Shown here: one piece after another, positions 32,249 through 64,000 of the stretch
How the letters are laid out: each line of letters opens with the position of its first letter
Position numbering within the stretch: the stretch's first letter is position 1
Origin: the human T2T-CHM13v2.0 reference genome, Homo sapiens
Length of the DNA stretch: 64,000 nucleotides
Reading direction: 5' to 3' (one strand)
Assembly: GCF_009914755.1 (NCBI RefSeq)
Contig: NC_060927.1
Position numbers and translations under genes: made by a program
Notes under the pieces: model-generated
The model's input: only the letters and a program-made list of their open reading frames with translations
What the model was told of the DNA's origin: nothing
Database searches by the model: none

Positions 32249-32564
32249 GCATATAGACATTACTCCCTTGCGTGAGAGGGGCTCTGTGGCTACTTCTGGC
32301 CCTCAAAATGTTAGGTGGGATGCCGCTTACTAGCAGCTCTGCAAGATCTACTTCTTGTCCTCTCCTGTACCTCGGGACTTGGATTCTTTCCTCTCCTCCT
32401 TGCTTCCCTGAACCTCCCTCATACATTCCAAAGAGGTTTTTGCCTCAGAGTTTTGCACTTTGCCTGGAATACTTTTCCTTCAGGGCTCAGTTTACACCTC
32501 AGCATGGCCTTTCTTGGCCATTTAATCCAGAGCAGTCCCTGCCTCCAACCCAACTCACTCTTGA

Positions 32565-33050
<486 letters not shown>

Positions 33051-33328
33051 CGATTTTTTTTTTTTTTTTTTTTTTTTTTGTAATTAACCGGCACTTTTAT
33101 TTGTCGATTGTCGGTCCTGCCCACCAGATGGCGATCTAGCCCACGGCTCGTGGCTATTTCATTCACTGCTGGGTCTCCCACGGCTGGCCCAGAAACAGCA
33201 CTCAATAAAGGCTGTTTGAAATGGATGTCTTTATTTACAGAACTAAGAGTCAACCTCTAGACAGTATGACAAGCCTCCTAGTAGGAGGGACTACCCACAG
33301 CAATGTGTCCATCCAGTCACTACCAGCC

Positions 33329-36375
<3,047 letters not shown>

Positions 36376-36379
36376 GGCA

Positions 36380-36980
36380 ATAACCGGGCCCAGGCCCGTA
36401 GCTCCTCGTTCCTCGCGCAGAGGCGTCCCCACCTCCTGTGAACACTTGTCAGAGACAGCCTCGAGGCCTGTGTCGCTGGGGCACGCAAGCTTGCCAATCC
36501 CTCTGCCCAATGGCGCCTGCGCAGCGCGACTCAGAGGCGTGGCTGGGGCGGGGGACGGCTCGTCCCAGGAAGTCCTGGGTGGGTAGACGTCGCACCCGGA
36601 AGTAAAGCGGCTCCGTGACGGAGCGGCGGTGCGCGCGGCAGGGCCCGGAGTATCCCGCTTTCTTTGGAGGAAACCACCGCATCAGATCTGCGCTGCGGCA
36701 GAGGCAGGCAAGTCCCTAGCGTGGAGGGGCAGCATGCTGGCAGCACTTGGGGAGGCGGTGCGCTAAGGGATTCACGCTGTAACTGGGACCGCAGCAGGGA
36801 ACTACAATTTCCATAGTGCTCCGCGCCCTCCCAGCTGGCTCTACTGCCGGCGACGGCGTGGTACACGCTGGGATTTGTAGTCTTACATGGCTTTGCGCAT
36901 CCTACCTGGAAGGCGGGCCAGCGATTGGTACCAGTTCAGACATGGGTACACGTTGACAGGCCGCCGGCCGTCGACTGGCA
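36380..36980. promoter_or_regulatory. Bidirectional NPRL2/CYB561D2 CpG-island promoter
   Basis: Head-to-head genes. NRF1 motif 36513-36523, CCGGAAGT 36596-36603, ACTACA-type motifs 36801-36812 and 36870-36881. Confidence 0.8.
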
Positions 36981-37156
36981 TGTTGTGACCATTCCTGGTG
37001 CTGGTCTTGGTACTGTTCTTTCCTACCATAACTTATTGGAAGAGGGTGGCATTCCTGCCTTGCAGCCTTTTCTCCAGTGAGGAGTGAACAGTGGGCACCT
37101 GAGATCCTGGCCCACGCTACTATGCTTTCAGGCTACAACCACTAGCACGGCTGACG

Positions 37157-39467
<2,311 letters not shown>

Positions 39468-40491
39468 GCTCTTCCCAGCCTAGGGGAAGCCTGGATTTGC
39501 CCCTCCATGTAGGAGCTGGGCCTAGGGACCTGTTGAACTCTCTCAGCTGAGTCAGGGGACACCTCAGGCACTGGGACAGTTGGGCATTTGGAGGCCCGTG
39601 TGTGAATTCCTGCTCCTCATGCTGGAGTGCCTCCCATTTCCTTCCCCTTTCTCTGTCATCCCAGAGGAACATAGGCATCATGTGTCTGGATGAAGCTGGG
39701 GCTGCAAGACTGCCTCTCCTGCAAGGCAGCTCATACTTGTACTGTATGTTCAGAAATTTTAGGAGAGAAAAAAGTAAAAAATTTGTAAAAAATGACTGAA
39801 AAGATTGATGGGAGAAGCAGCCCAGAGTTGGGGATGGTTCTTGTTAATGCCATCAGCACAGGAAAATGGGCAGCTGGGCAAGATGGGGACCCCCCACCCC
39901 CGACCCCTGGCTGCTCCCTGAGGGGCTGAAGCTCTCCTAGCACACAAATCCCCAGGGTCTAGCTGCTGAGCCTCCCAGGCCACTCCGGGCCCTGGCAGGC
40001 CCTAGAGCTGTAGCTGTGAATGGTACAGCTGTGTGTCCTTTCTGTCCCCCCAACTGTCTACTGTGCTGGAGTCTCCAGACTGTGGGGGTTAGATACATAC
40101 AATAACTGGGAGCTGGGGGTGAGTTGTCTCCAGGGGTGGCAAGAACTGAGCATTCTGTCTTAGAGATAAACCATGGGTAAGAACAGCGCCTTATGATGGA
40201 GAGGCCCTTATCATCAGATCTAGGCAGGGACAGAAGGCCTCCCAGATTGGGGTTTGGAGGGAAAGAAAAAAGGAGTAAGAGTCTGAGGCAATAGCTCTTG
40301 GAAGGCTGCTTGGCAGTGCGCATGTGGTGGTGGTGGTGGCGGTGGTGGGGAGCTGGGGCAATGGGCTTCTTATCCAGCTGGAGTTACCATGGAGACAATC
40401 AAGTCCCTGTCTAACATTGCAGTTGAACGTGATGAGGGGGCTGCACAAGGTGGCCTGACAAGAGCCCAGGAGTCATTCCTCAGAGAACTGC

Positions 40492-40497
40492 TTTATT
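40492..40497 (-). terminator. TMEM115: TMEM115 poly(A) signal AATAAA
   Basis: Plus-strand tttatt about 570 nt past the stop. Confidence 0.75.
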
Positions 40498-41065
40498 GAT
40501 ACTGCGAGCCTGGGCTTGGCTGCCCACTCAAGTGGTCCTGTAGAAAATACCTGGGAGCTGGAGCTGTTCTGGTCCAGAAGCAGTCACCGCCACAGCAGAG
40601 GGAAACAAATCCTGACAGGAACAGTCTTTCTGGGGATGGGCAGGGATGTGCAGCCCCAGGTCGGCTCCTGCATTTGCTGGGCCCCCAGAACATTTTTGGC
40701 AAATCCTTGCCTTGGCTCAGGGCTCTCGGCAACCAGTTTCAGATGTGAGGGCCGGCCCAGGAGCTGTGGCATCAGTGTCCCTGCAGCCACTTGCTTGGGG
40801 CTGCCAGCTGATGTACATTCTTACCTCAGATGAGGGCCTGGACTGGCCGATGCCTCAGAGGCTCCGGGCCTGGCATAGTGGTTGTCTGGAGTTGGAACCA
40901 GGTAGCAAGAGTCCTGGGTAGTGTTGGCGAGAAACAGCAGAAGGCCATGGAAAGCCCCAGCAGGCCTTCTTCCCTCTCCTCAGAGCAGTCAGGTGCCCTG
41001 GAGTAGCTGAGAGGATGTCAAGGGGGGCTTGGGAGGGGAGGTGCCACACTCAAGGTGGTCTGGAG

Positions 41066-44000
41066 TTACAGCGTCGGGGGAGCTGCCTCGAAGGTGATTA
41101 GACTGGATTCTGGGGCAGCCCCCTTCCCTGGGGGTGTGGGAGCTTTGTCTGAGGGCAGGGGGCTGTCCACCTTGGCCCCAGACTCCTCTTCATCATCATC
41201 CATGCTGGGCCAGATGGACTGGTCTTCCACTCTCTTCAGCCGCTCATTGAGTGCCTTCAGGGCCAGTTGCCTGGGGCCAGAGGAGAGAGGAAAGGTCACT
41301 CTGGGTTTGGCCTTGGCTCATGCCCTCTACCCTTCCGCAGCAGGCTGACTCCTCACCGTACCACCTAGACTCCTCCCCCAGAATCCTATGTTTCCCCTTC
41401 ACCATGCAGAGCCTGGGACTCCCCAGAGATTGGTTTAGGACCCACTCTGCCATCAGAATGATAACCCAAAGGCTCTAAGAATCTTCCCTCCATAGCTGAG
41501 GCACCTCCGGGATGGGAAGGTCAGCTGGGTGTCTGCCAGACTGCCCACGAGGCCAGCCACCAGGAATGGTTCTGAGGGTGGTATCTAAGGGTCAGTGGAA
41601 CTAGTGCCCTAGGGCAGATGGGTGGAACGGCAAGTTCTGGAGTTTCCAGGAGTTTCTGCCTGGGTGCTGGCATCACATCCAAGGGAAGGGTTATTAATTC
41701 TCCCCCTCTCCTGGTTAGGGGTATCTTGAGCCTCCTGGCAAGGGTCAATGGGGAAGGCTGGAATTCAACACCTCCCTTGGCTCTCAGCCCAGGAAGCAGG
41801 GCCAACTTGGGTGAGTCTACCCCTCCTAACTGATGCTAATATTCTCCCTCTCAGAAGAACCCCCAAAGCCACCAAGGCCCTTGTTAGAGCAGGGACTTAG
41901 CGGAGCCCTTGCAAGAGGAGAAGAAGGAGAAACAGCTCACATGGGTAGGCACAGGCCAGAGCCTACTACTTCCACAGGGTGGACCCTTAGAGGCCCCACT
42001 TTGAGGGCAGGTGGGAAAGTCCAACAGAAGAAGGTTTACACATGTGCTTGGGACCCTGACCCACCAGAAGGTGGAGTGCTGCAGCTGCCAGGGAACCGTT
42101 TCAACAGTGACCACTGTGGACTCCTATACCTCAGCCTCTCTGTGCCACCAATGTGGGGACAGCCTGTGTAGCCTTTCAGGTTCCAGCTGAGAACCAAAAT
42201 CTCCACCATGTCAGGGAACACGACAAGAGAGGCAACAAGGGCACAGGTGTAGAAAGCCCTAGCACGCTTCCCCCCTGCCCGTCAGTCTCACACATGACAA
42301 GTTGGTATAGACAGGACAGTCTTTCCCTGCTGCTACCCAGGCTGCCATCCTGATGATGCCCTTGCCAGTTCCATCTAAAGCCTGCCAAGGCAGAGAGCTA
42401 GTGTTACGCTAGTCACTTCCTCACAAGGACCAGAGAGACAGATAGGAAACCCTGCCTCCCTCTCCTGGTAGCCCTTTGGAGTTGGGCGTGGCCATGCAGT
42501 CAGATGTCAAACTGGCTGGAGGAATAACCGCCACCCCCATGTAAGCTAACAACCATAAGGCTATGCCAAGAACCCGCCTCTTGACCCTCCCTTCCTCCCC
42601 ACCAACCTGCTTCCCCCCTGTCCATTTTCTTGGGCCTAGGCAGAGGTTTTTGAATGTCCAGCCAACCCTAACATTCCAACACCTCTCAGTGGAGGAGGGG
42701 TCCCCACTGGCCTGGCCCCACCTGAATGGCTCTGAGGGACAGCTCAATTCCTACCAGGCCCAGCTCACCTGGCCCCATCTTTAATACCAGCTAAGGTTAA
42801 GAGAGACTTCTGTCCTTAGGGCTTATCACCTATAAAGACCCAAGCTCTAGGGCCCAGAATTATGCCCTGCAGCATGCTGTATATACTTTTCAACACCTAC
42901 CATACCTTGGGCCATAGTGATCTGTGGCCCTTCCCCAGCTGGAACTCCTTCAAGAAAGGAGTGTGTCCCACACTCAATTCCATAGCCCAGTGGAGAGTAA
43001 ATACAGGGATAACTGCAGCTAAATTCATAGAGCTTCCTGCCACAACCCCATTCACAGGTGAGCAAAAGCAGGAGCCTTGGCAATGCAAAAGACAAAGCCC
43101 GTCCCAGATTTTACTACTCGAGTAATTGCCTCAAAACAGTGAGGAATAATGTTGGAAATGGAGCTGTGGATCTTATGAAGGCTGGGACCACTCTGCTGGC
43201 TCCACAGATCTGGGAGAGAGAGTAAGCTGAATTTAAAAAGATCCCTCCTGCCCTGGCCAAAGTGCATTCAGTGAATAATTCAGCTGGGACTCCTGATGCT
43301 GTGGATAGCTTGGTTTACAGATAATGAAAGGGTCATCGCCACTCCCTGGTGTCAGCAGGCTCCCTCAGTGGGTCATGTAGCCTGTCCCTGGTTTTGGTGA
43401 CACATGCTTGCTGGAGACAGAGGTAAATGTGGTAATACCCCAAGCTTCCCTCTCAATAAGTAAGTGGCAGAGAAGCACAGCATCTGAGTTAAAGCCCAGG
43501 AAGAGGACACAGCATTTGGAAATTGGAGTGGCCCAGATCACCTTTTGAGGACCCCAGGCCTCCTTCCCTGTCCCTTCCTCACAGGGGAAAGTACCAGCAG
43601 GTTGCTTCTGGCTCCCACAGGCCCAATGTCTAGGATTCTGAGATTCTGAGGCAAGGCCAGGGTTCTGTGTCCCTCCACTGGGACTTCACAGCACCAAAGG
43701 AAACTGCATTTCTTGAGACTTATTAAGTGGCCCGAGTGGTGAGAAAAGTGCCTCGTGGACCCCAGACACCTAACTGCTGAGTTCCTTAAGGCCAAAGACT
43801 GATTTTGTCTTTCCGGATGTGCCCCAATACCTGACTGTAGGTCTCCACCTATGTACAGCGAACACCTCAACAGATGGCATGTGACTCGACCAGTATGCTC
43901 CTAGCTTGACAAGATTTTGGAAAATTTCACAGTACCTTCTCCGCTCGGCGTCTTGAGGGTCTGTGCCTGGCAGGCTGATGGTGATGGAGGATGGGGCACC

Positions 44001-44786
44001 CACATCGTAGCGCTTCACCGTCTTCTGGCATATCTTTACCTTCACCAGGAGGCTGTGCACCAAGTTCGCCAGCAAACCCACCACAGGCTGCAGGATCTCA
44101 GGGAAGAAAGTGGCGAAAGCAAAGTGGTCAGCCATGTCCCCTCGGCCCCGGCTATGGCGCTGGTAGAAGCGAAGATATACCCAACTGGAGAGCAGCCCGA
44201 AGCCATAGGAAGCCAGCGCCGGGCTCTGGAGCAGCGTGGCGAGCCGCAGCAGGAGCAGCAGCGCCAGCAGCAGCATGGGCATCACACTGACGCGCACCTG
44301 GGGCACTCGCAGGACCACACAGTCCCCCATGGTTTGCTTGAGTGCCACCAGGACGCCACCTAGGAAGCCCAAGGCGCCGTGGATACGGACAGTGAACAGG
44401 TAGACCAGGTTGAAGGAAGCCATGTAGGTGAGGAGGTAGGCGAAGGCCCCCAGCAGCCCTACAGACACATTCACCACTGAGAAGAAGATGAGCAGCTCCA
44501 AGGCCCCCCAGAGGGGCTCCAGCAAACGCCCGGCCACCACCACCGTTGTCAGGCTGATGGCCACGTCCCACACATGCTGCTCCATCAGCCCATGGGTGGC
44601 CAGGGTCCAGATCCAGAAGTTGGGAGGAAAGAGGTAGCCCGGGGTGACCGCCAGGCAGCCTGTGTCCACGGCGAAGGAGAGCAGGTAGAGGAATAGTACC
44701 GCCGCACACAGAGCCTTCACCACCACGCTGGCGCTGGCCAGAATGGCCCCCAAGTGCTGGCGGGCGCCTGGCAGGGCACGTTGCAT
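41066..44786 (-). CDS. TMEM115: Transmembrane protein 115 / PL6, Golgi rhomboid-like pseudoprotease (351 aa)
   Basis: Exons 44786-43936 and 41270-41066, total 1056 nt. The junction reads DAERRR|QLALKALNERL; N-terminal TM domain. Confidence 0.97.
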
Positions 44787-44799
44787 CTTCCTGGCGGCT

Positions 44800-45500
44800 G
44801 TCGGCCTGAGAAAAGGGTCTGGTAGGCCAGGGGCCTCCCCGGGGCCTCGTCCTAGTCCGGCCCCGATGGGAGGCCCAGGCCCGGCCTAGTCACTGGCCTA
44901 TGGCCCTGGTAAAGGATCCGCTTCCGATCGGGTGGGGCTCTGGTCCCGAGGGGCCGAGTCGGGCCTTGTTGCCGGGCCGCAGCGTAGGCCCCTCGCCCGG
45001 GACCTGAGGGAAGGCCCTGGACGGCTGCGGCACGCCCGCCTACCCACCCTGTAGGCCCCGTGCCAGGCTAGCCTGGTTGGCGTTGACCTCAGGGCTGGGC
45101 CTCCTCCATCCACTGCGAGGCCCTTCGGTTCGCAAGGGGACTGGTGCCTCGTTCTGTACCCGAGTCAAGCCTGGTCAGCTCCCGCTCGGCCTGGCTCCTG
45201 GCTTCGACCGTACCTCTTCTCTCGGGGGGCCGACAAACAGGGGTGCTGCGCCTGCGCGTCCCCGGCGGCAGCGGGCTGTCCTCTAAGCGCCTGTCTTCCG
45301 GCTCCTCTGCATGCTGGGATACGGAGTCCTTGGTTGCAGCCGGGGAAGAGTTGAACAGGGTTCTGGCTAGAACTACAAGTCCCAGGAGGCCATGAGCACG
45401 GACCGGTCCCGTTGTGGTGAGCGCGGGGTGTGCTGGGAGTTGTAGTTCTCAGGGACCGTTTCCGTCGGTTCTCAGGAGGTGGGAAGGGATGAATTAGCAT
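44800..45500 (-). promoter_or_regulatory. TMEM115: TMEM115 5'UTR / CpG-island promoter
   Basis: CpG-dense; NRF1-like GCGCCTGCGC at ~45248; ACTACAnnTCCC pair at 45372-45383 and 45435-45446. Confidence 0.7.
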
Positions 45501-46205
45501 CTCTAACCCCTGAAAGCGGCGGTGAGGGTTCGGGAAGCAACACAGCTCTAGCCCCCACACTTGCTGAATTCCCTAGGAAGAGTAGCTCTATTTGTGCGTG
45601 TACCTCTGAGCGAGTGTGTCCTTGTTGGCTGGCGTGTGGGTAGGTGTCACTGTGTGAGAAACAGAACCTCCGTGGTCTGGTGAATGGGACCTGACCCAGG
45701 CTGGAACCCTTGCTCTGCCTCGGAGGCTGTGTGGCATTGGTTGGTTAAGTTCCTGAACCTTTTTGAAACTCAGTTTCATGGGCCATAAAATGTAGCTGAT
45801 GACATGATCTTCCTGTCCTAATAATCAAAGGGGAAAGGGGTGTAAAATGCCAGTCCACCCTGGGTGCTCAGCGAGTGCTGCACATGTTGCCTTTTTTTGT
45901 TTGTTTTCTCCCACTTGGAAAAGTTTTTTGTTTGTTATTTCACGTTGCCCTTTTTCCAAGTGAGGTGGACCTGGAGCACGAACCTAGGGCTCCCTCCCGC
46001 ATAGGGACGAGGCTGGGCAGCCCTCAGTGACCCTCCTCCCCACCAGGGACTTCTGATAACTGCGGAGGATGAGAGGTCTCTCTACAAGCCAGGTCTCTCC
46101 ACAAGCCTGGGCTAGGCCTGTTCTGGTCCCACTTCACGCCACAGTGACTTCTGACAGGTTGTGTTCTGTGTCTTTTTTTTTTTTTTGTATATGGAGTTAC
46201 TTTTA

Positions 46206-46583
<378 letters not shown>

Positions 46584-46691
46584 TCAGCCACTGATTTCAG
46601 TGTGTGCTGATGTGTGCATGGCCTACAGGTTAAAAAGGGTGCTGATGCTTTTTTTCTGGGGTCTGGGTTCCCACTGGTTGCCACATCTGGG

Positions 46692-47229
46692 TAAGGTTGC
46701 CAGTTTTAGCAAATCAAAATAAGGATGCTCAGTCAAATTTGAATTCCAGATAAACAATGAGTAATCTTCGAGTATAATCATGTCCCCCTGCCCCTTTTTT
46801 TTTTTTTTTTTTTTTTGAGACAGGGTCTAGCTTTGTCCAAGGCTGGAGTGCAGTGGCACAATCATAGCTCACTGCCACCTCTAACTCCTGGGCTGAAGGG
46901 ATCCTCCAGCCTCAGCCTCCTGATTAGCTGCGACTACAGGCACACACTACTGTGCCCAGCTAATTTTTAAAATTTTTTTATTTTGTAGAGACATGGGCAG
47001 GGGCGGGGTGGCCATCCTACCCAGGCTGATCTCGAACTCGTGAGCTCAAGCGATCCTCCTGCATCAGCCTCCCAAAGTGTTGGGATTACAGGCGTTAGCC
47101 ACTGTGCCCAGCCCCCAGTTTTTCAGTATAGGTATGTCCCACACAATAGTTGAAACACTTCCATACTAAAAACTCGTTCATGATCTGAAATTCAAAATAG
47201 GGTGTTCTGTATTTTATCTTACAACCCTA
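46692..47229. mobile_element. MER53-like palindromic MITE split by an AluJ-like insertion (~46795-47113)
   Basis: Termini TAAGGTTGCCAG and TTACAACCCTA; inverted AATTTGAATTCCAGAT / ATCTGAAATTCAAA arms. Confidence 0.75.
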
Positions 47230-47923
47230 TCCAAGATTGCACGGTCTCTTGCAGGCCATGGGAGCTGTCTTGGGGGTTGTGGATTAGGCATTGCTCTGCA
47301 GCCGAACCCTGCAGAGGAGACAGAAAAAGTCTCCATCTTGGCTGAGGCCTCGAAGCCCCTTCATCTATTTAGCATCCAAGCTCCCCAACCCTTGGTGGCC
47401 ACCTCTTCTCTAAAATCTTTGCTGGTTTTTAGCCTTCTCACCTGGGGGGAAAGGCTTTCTCCTCTTAGTTTGCTCATCTGTGGTATGGGGATACACTAGT
47501 ACCCACCCCAGAGACTGTGGCGAGGACTCAGCCAGGTCAGTGCGCAGAGAGCAGAGTGTTGGGAGGAGAGAGAGGACTGTGGTGGGAAGGCAGGGACACC
47601 TGTGCTCTGGTGGTTACAGGTTATAATTCTCTCCACATGAGAAGATCGCAAAGGTCACACCTTCTAGGGTGAAAATGAACTAGGGCCTAAGCTTGAGAGG
47701 ATTCACAAAAATGAAGTTTGGCCTATGGCTCCAGTTTAAGCAGCTGCGGCCTCAAGCTCCTGTGGGCCAGGAGGGAGCCGTTGCTGCACTTGTGGTCAGG
47801 GCTTCCTGGGCCGTAGGGACACTGGCCAGGTGCTCACTCATAGCTCCCGGCAGAGGCCCTGTCAGGCCCTGGTGGTCTGACCAGACTGCCAGATCCACCT
47901 CCCCACTAAACCAGCATCTCTGA

Positions 47924-48283
<360 letters not shown>

Positions 48284-48544
48284 CTGTCTTGCTTGTTTTT
48301 AAAAGACAGCTTTTTGAGATGTTATGAGACAATGTATGTCAAGGGCCTGGCACCTATTATAACTGGTGGAAACAAGTGCCATGCCCTGTGGTTGACAGGG
48401 ACCTGGGCTACCATGGTCTTCACCCCCTGCAGAGCACTAAGTGGGACTCTGAGGTCTTGGCCAACTGTCTTCATAGCTACCCAGTCCTCACCCCCAAGCT
48501 GATACAGTGGATGGGAACCATTTGAAGTGAAAATATGAACATTA

Positions 48545-48550
48545 TTTAAT
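48545..48550 (-). terminator. CACNA2D2: CACNA2D2 candidate poly(A) signal ATTAAA
   Basis: At the end of an AU-rich ~1.8 kb 3'UTR. Confidence 0.55.
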
Positions 48551-49187
48551 AACTGATCTTCTGTAATAAACCATTTGAAAATATTTTACAAGGAATCACA
48601 CACACGATATTTTACAAAGTTTCTTGACTTTTTTGTCGCTGTTGTTTTTCCAACTTGTCTGTACAAAATAGAACAACAAAAAAAGGGCAGAGAAAAGGAA
48701 ATGGCCCCCCAGTCCCCCAGCCCAAGGTGAGGGGCAGCCAGGTCGGGTGGGTAATGAGAAGGATTAGACCCAGCTGGGGGTTAGACAGCTACCTGATGGG
48801 GATTGTTTTGTCTGTTTTTCTGTTTTTTAAACTTAAAATATATATTTTTCTGTATATGTTTATATTCTCCATTGAGCACCTGACTACACTACAGTTACAC
48901 GCACGCCCCCGAAGGACACAGCTGGCATCCAGGCCGGGTGCACATGGACACCCACCCTGGCACCAGCAGTGGGCATGGACCACACACACACACTGAGAAA
49001 GCGACAAGCAACATGACATTAATTAACGAAGCCATTAATTAATGCATCACCCTCCCCCTCCTCCCAGTCCATCTGAGCCCCATCACTATATCCCCTTGCC
49101 CTCAGTTCCCCACTGGCCCCCAGGCTGGGATGCCTTTGGGGGAAATGACCAGAATGAATGGTGTGAAGAGCTGTGCCCAGTCCCCAC

Positions 49188-49211
49188 CTGTGTGTGTGTG
49201 TGTGTGTGTGT
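49188..49211. repeat. (TG)n microsatellite in CACNA2D2 3'UTR
   Basis: Read directly from sequence. Confidence 0.9.
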
Positions 49212-50385
49212 TCAGCAAGGGAGGGACAGTTTGGCCTCCTGCAAGCAGGGAGTGTGTGTGTAGGGGTGGGAAGGAGATAGGGAGTGGGCACAGGCCTGAG
49301 TGTGTAAGGGCCAGATTGGCGGAAGGATGGCCCAGCCAGGAGAGACAAAGTCACCCCTGCTAAGGCAAAGGGTGATGTCTGGTGGGGGTTCCTCTGCCGA
49401 AAGGTGCAGGCAGTGGCATGTGGTCCCACTGGGGGCCTGACACTAGTGAGAAATGGTTACAATGAGCACCTGGAGAGGTGAGGGGGCACTTGGAGGACAC
49501 TGGTGGCTAGGGGTGGGACAGAGGGTTCTTCACCCCCTGCCCCAGCATTTGGCACTGTTTGACATTCAGCTTTAGAAATGGGAGGACCAGCCAGGCTGCA
49601 GCTCAGATTAGAGGCAGGTGGTGAGCAGGAGATGGAGTGTGCAGGTGCCAACCCTCCCACCAACCCCTCGCCCTGTGTAAGGCTTTGTAAGCCCCTACAC
49701 CCACCCCACCCCATAGTGTGTGTGTTTGTGCGTGTGCCCAGTGGGGTATGTCGAATGTGAGTCCAGTTTCCATCCTCAATGTTCCAGGTGTATATGGGGT
49801 AGTGTCTGAACTGGTATCACTGTGACTATCCTGACACCTGGTGGGCTTGGGGATGTGGCTGTAGGCCTGAAAGGGGCAGGAGCCCATGGGGGCTGCCCCA
49901 GAGCCTCTCTCCTGCTAGGATTTAAGCTGGGAGGCACAGGCTTCAAACTGGCCATCTCACCTTCCTCCACTATTCTCACAGAAACCAAGTTTGGGCTTGG
50001 GTGGGGCAGAGAGGCCGGGTCAGCTGAGGCAGGGTCCCCCCCAACATAGGCAGCCTCCAGGAAGGGCGGCAGCAGAGGCCTGGTTTTGGCACCAGTGCGT
50101 GTGGCCTCCCTGTCCCATCCCACTGGGGGGAGCCCAGCAGGCAAGAAGGGTCTGGGGACACTTGAACAGTTCGGAGGTGAGATGTGATTTGGGTGCCAAA
50201 CACCTGCGGCGTCCCGCTTTGGGACTCCCCATCCCAAGGCGCAGACCAGACTCTCAGGGCCTGGCCAGCTCAGGTCCTTCAGTGAGGGAGGGACGAGGCT
50301 CTAAGGCGGGGAGTGTGGGGCAGGAGGGTGGGAAAGGCGAAGAGGCCGGGTGAGGTGGGAGTGGAGGTGGGGTGGGGCAGGGTGC

Positions 50386-63999
<13,614 letters not shown>

Positions 64000-64000
64000 T

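Noticed and set aside
36376-36510. In-frame TTG-initiated 45-codon extension of NPRL2 (similar cases for ZMYND10 at 31390 and HYAL2 at 6239)
   Set aside because: Open frames are expected in GC-rich leaders; the starts are non-AUG and there is no ribosome evidence.

Overview
This is human (primate) genomic DNA, not prokaryotic. It is the gene-dense 3p21.3 tumour-suppressor cluster. In order it holds HYAL2(-), TUSC2/FUS1(-), RASSF1(-) with A and C first exons and the antisense RASSF1-AS1, ZMYND10/BLU(-), NPRL2(-) head-to-head with CYB561D2(+), TMEM115(-), and the 3' 25 exons of CACNA2D2(-). I walked the splice junctions by hand. The complete spliced CDSs close in frame at 473, 110, 340/270, 440, 380, 222 and 351 aa, the lengths I recall for these proteins. 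The rest is Alu, L2, MIR, MER and LTR repeats, CpG islands and simple repeats. I found no new gene system and most ORF-track entries are noise. The best leads are: (1) a haplotype encoding RASSF1A Ser133 and HYAL2 Ala18; (2) CACNA2D2 splicing oddities, namely a U12-type intron with a competing AT acceptor and a GC-donor 21-nt microexon beside a ~1 kb pyrimidine tract; (3) TUSC2 control by two uORFs and a proximal poly(A) site that would drop three miRNA seeds; (4) a weak ZMYND10 poly(A) signal inside the RASSF1A promoter; (5) paired ZNF143-type motifs, an X-box and a CTCF motif inside an L2 remnant. Repeat boundaries are approximate and repeat family names come from memory of the consensus sequences.
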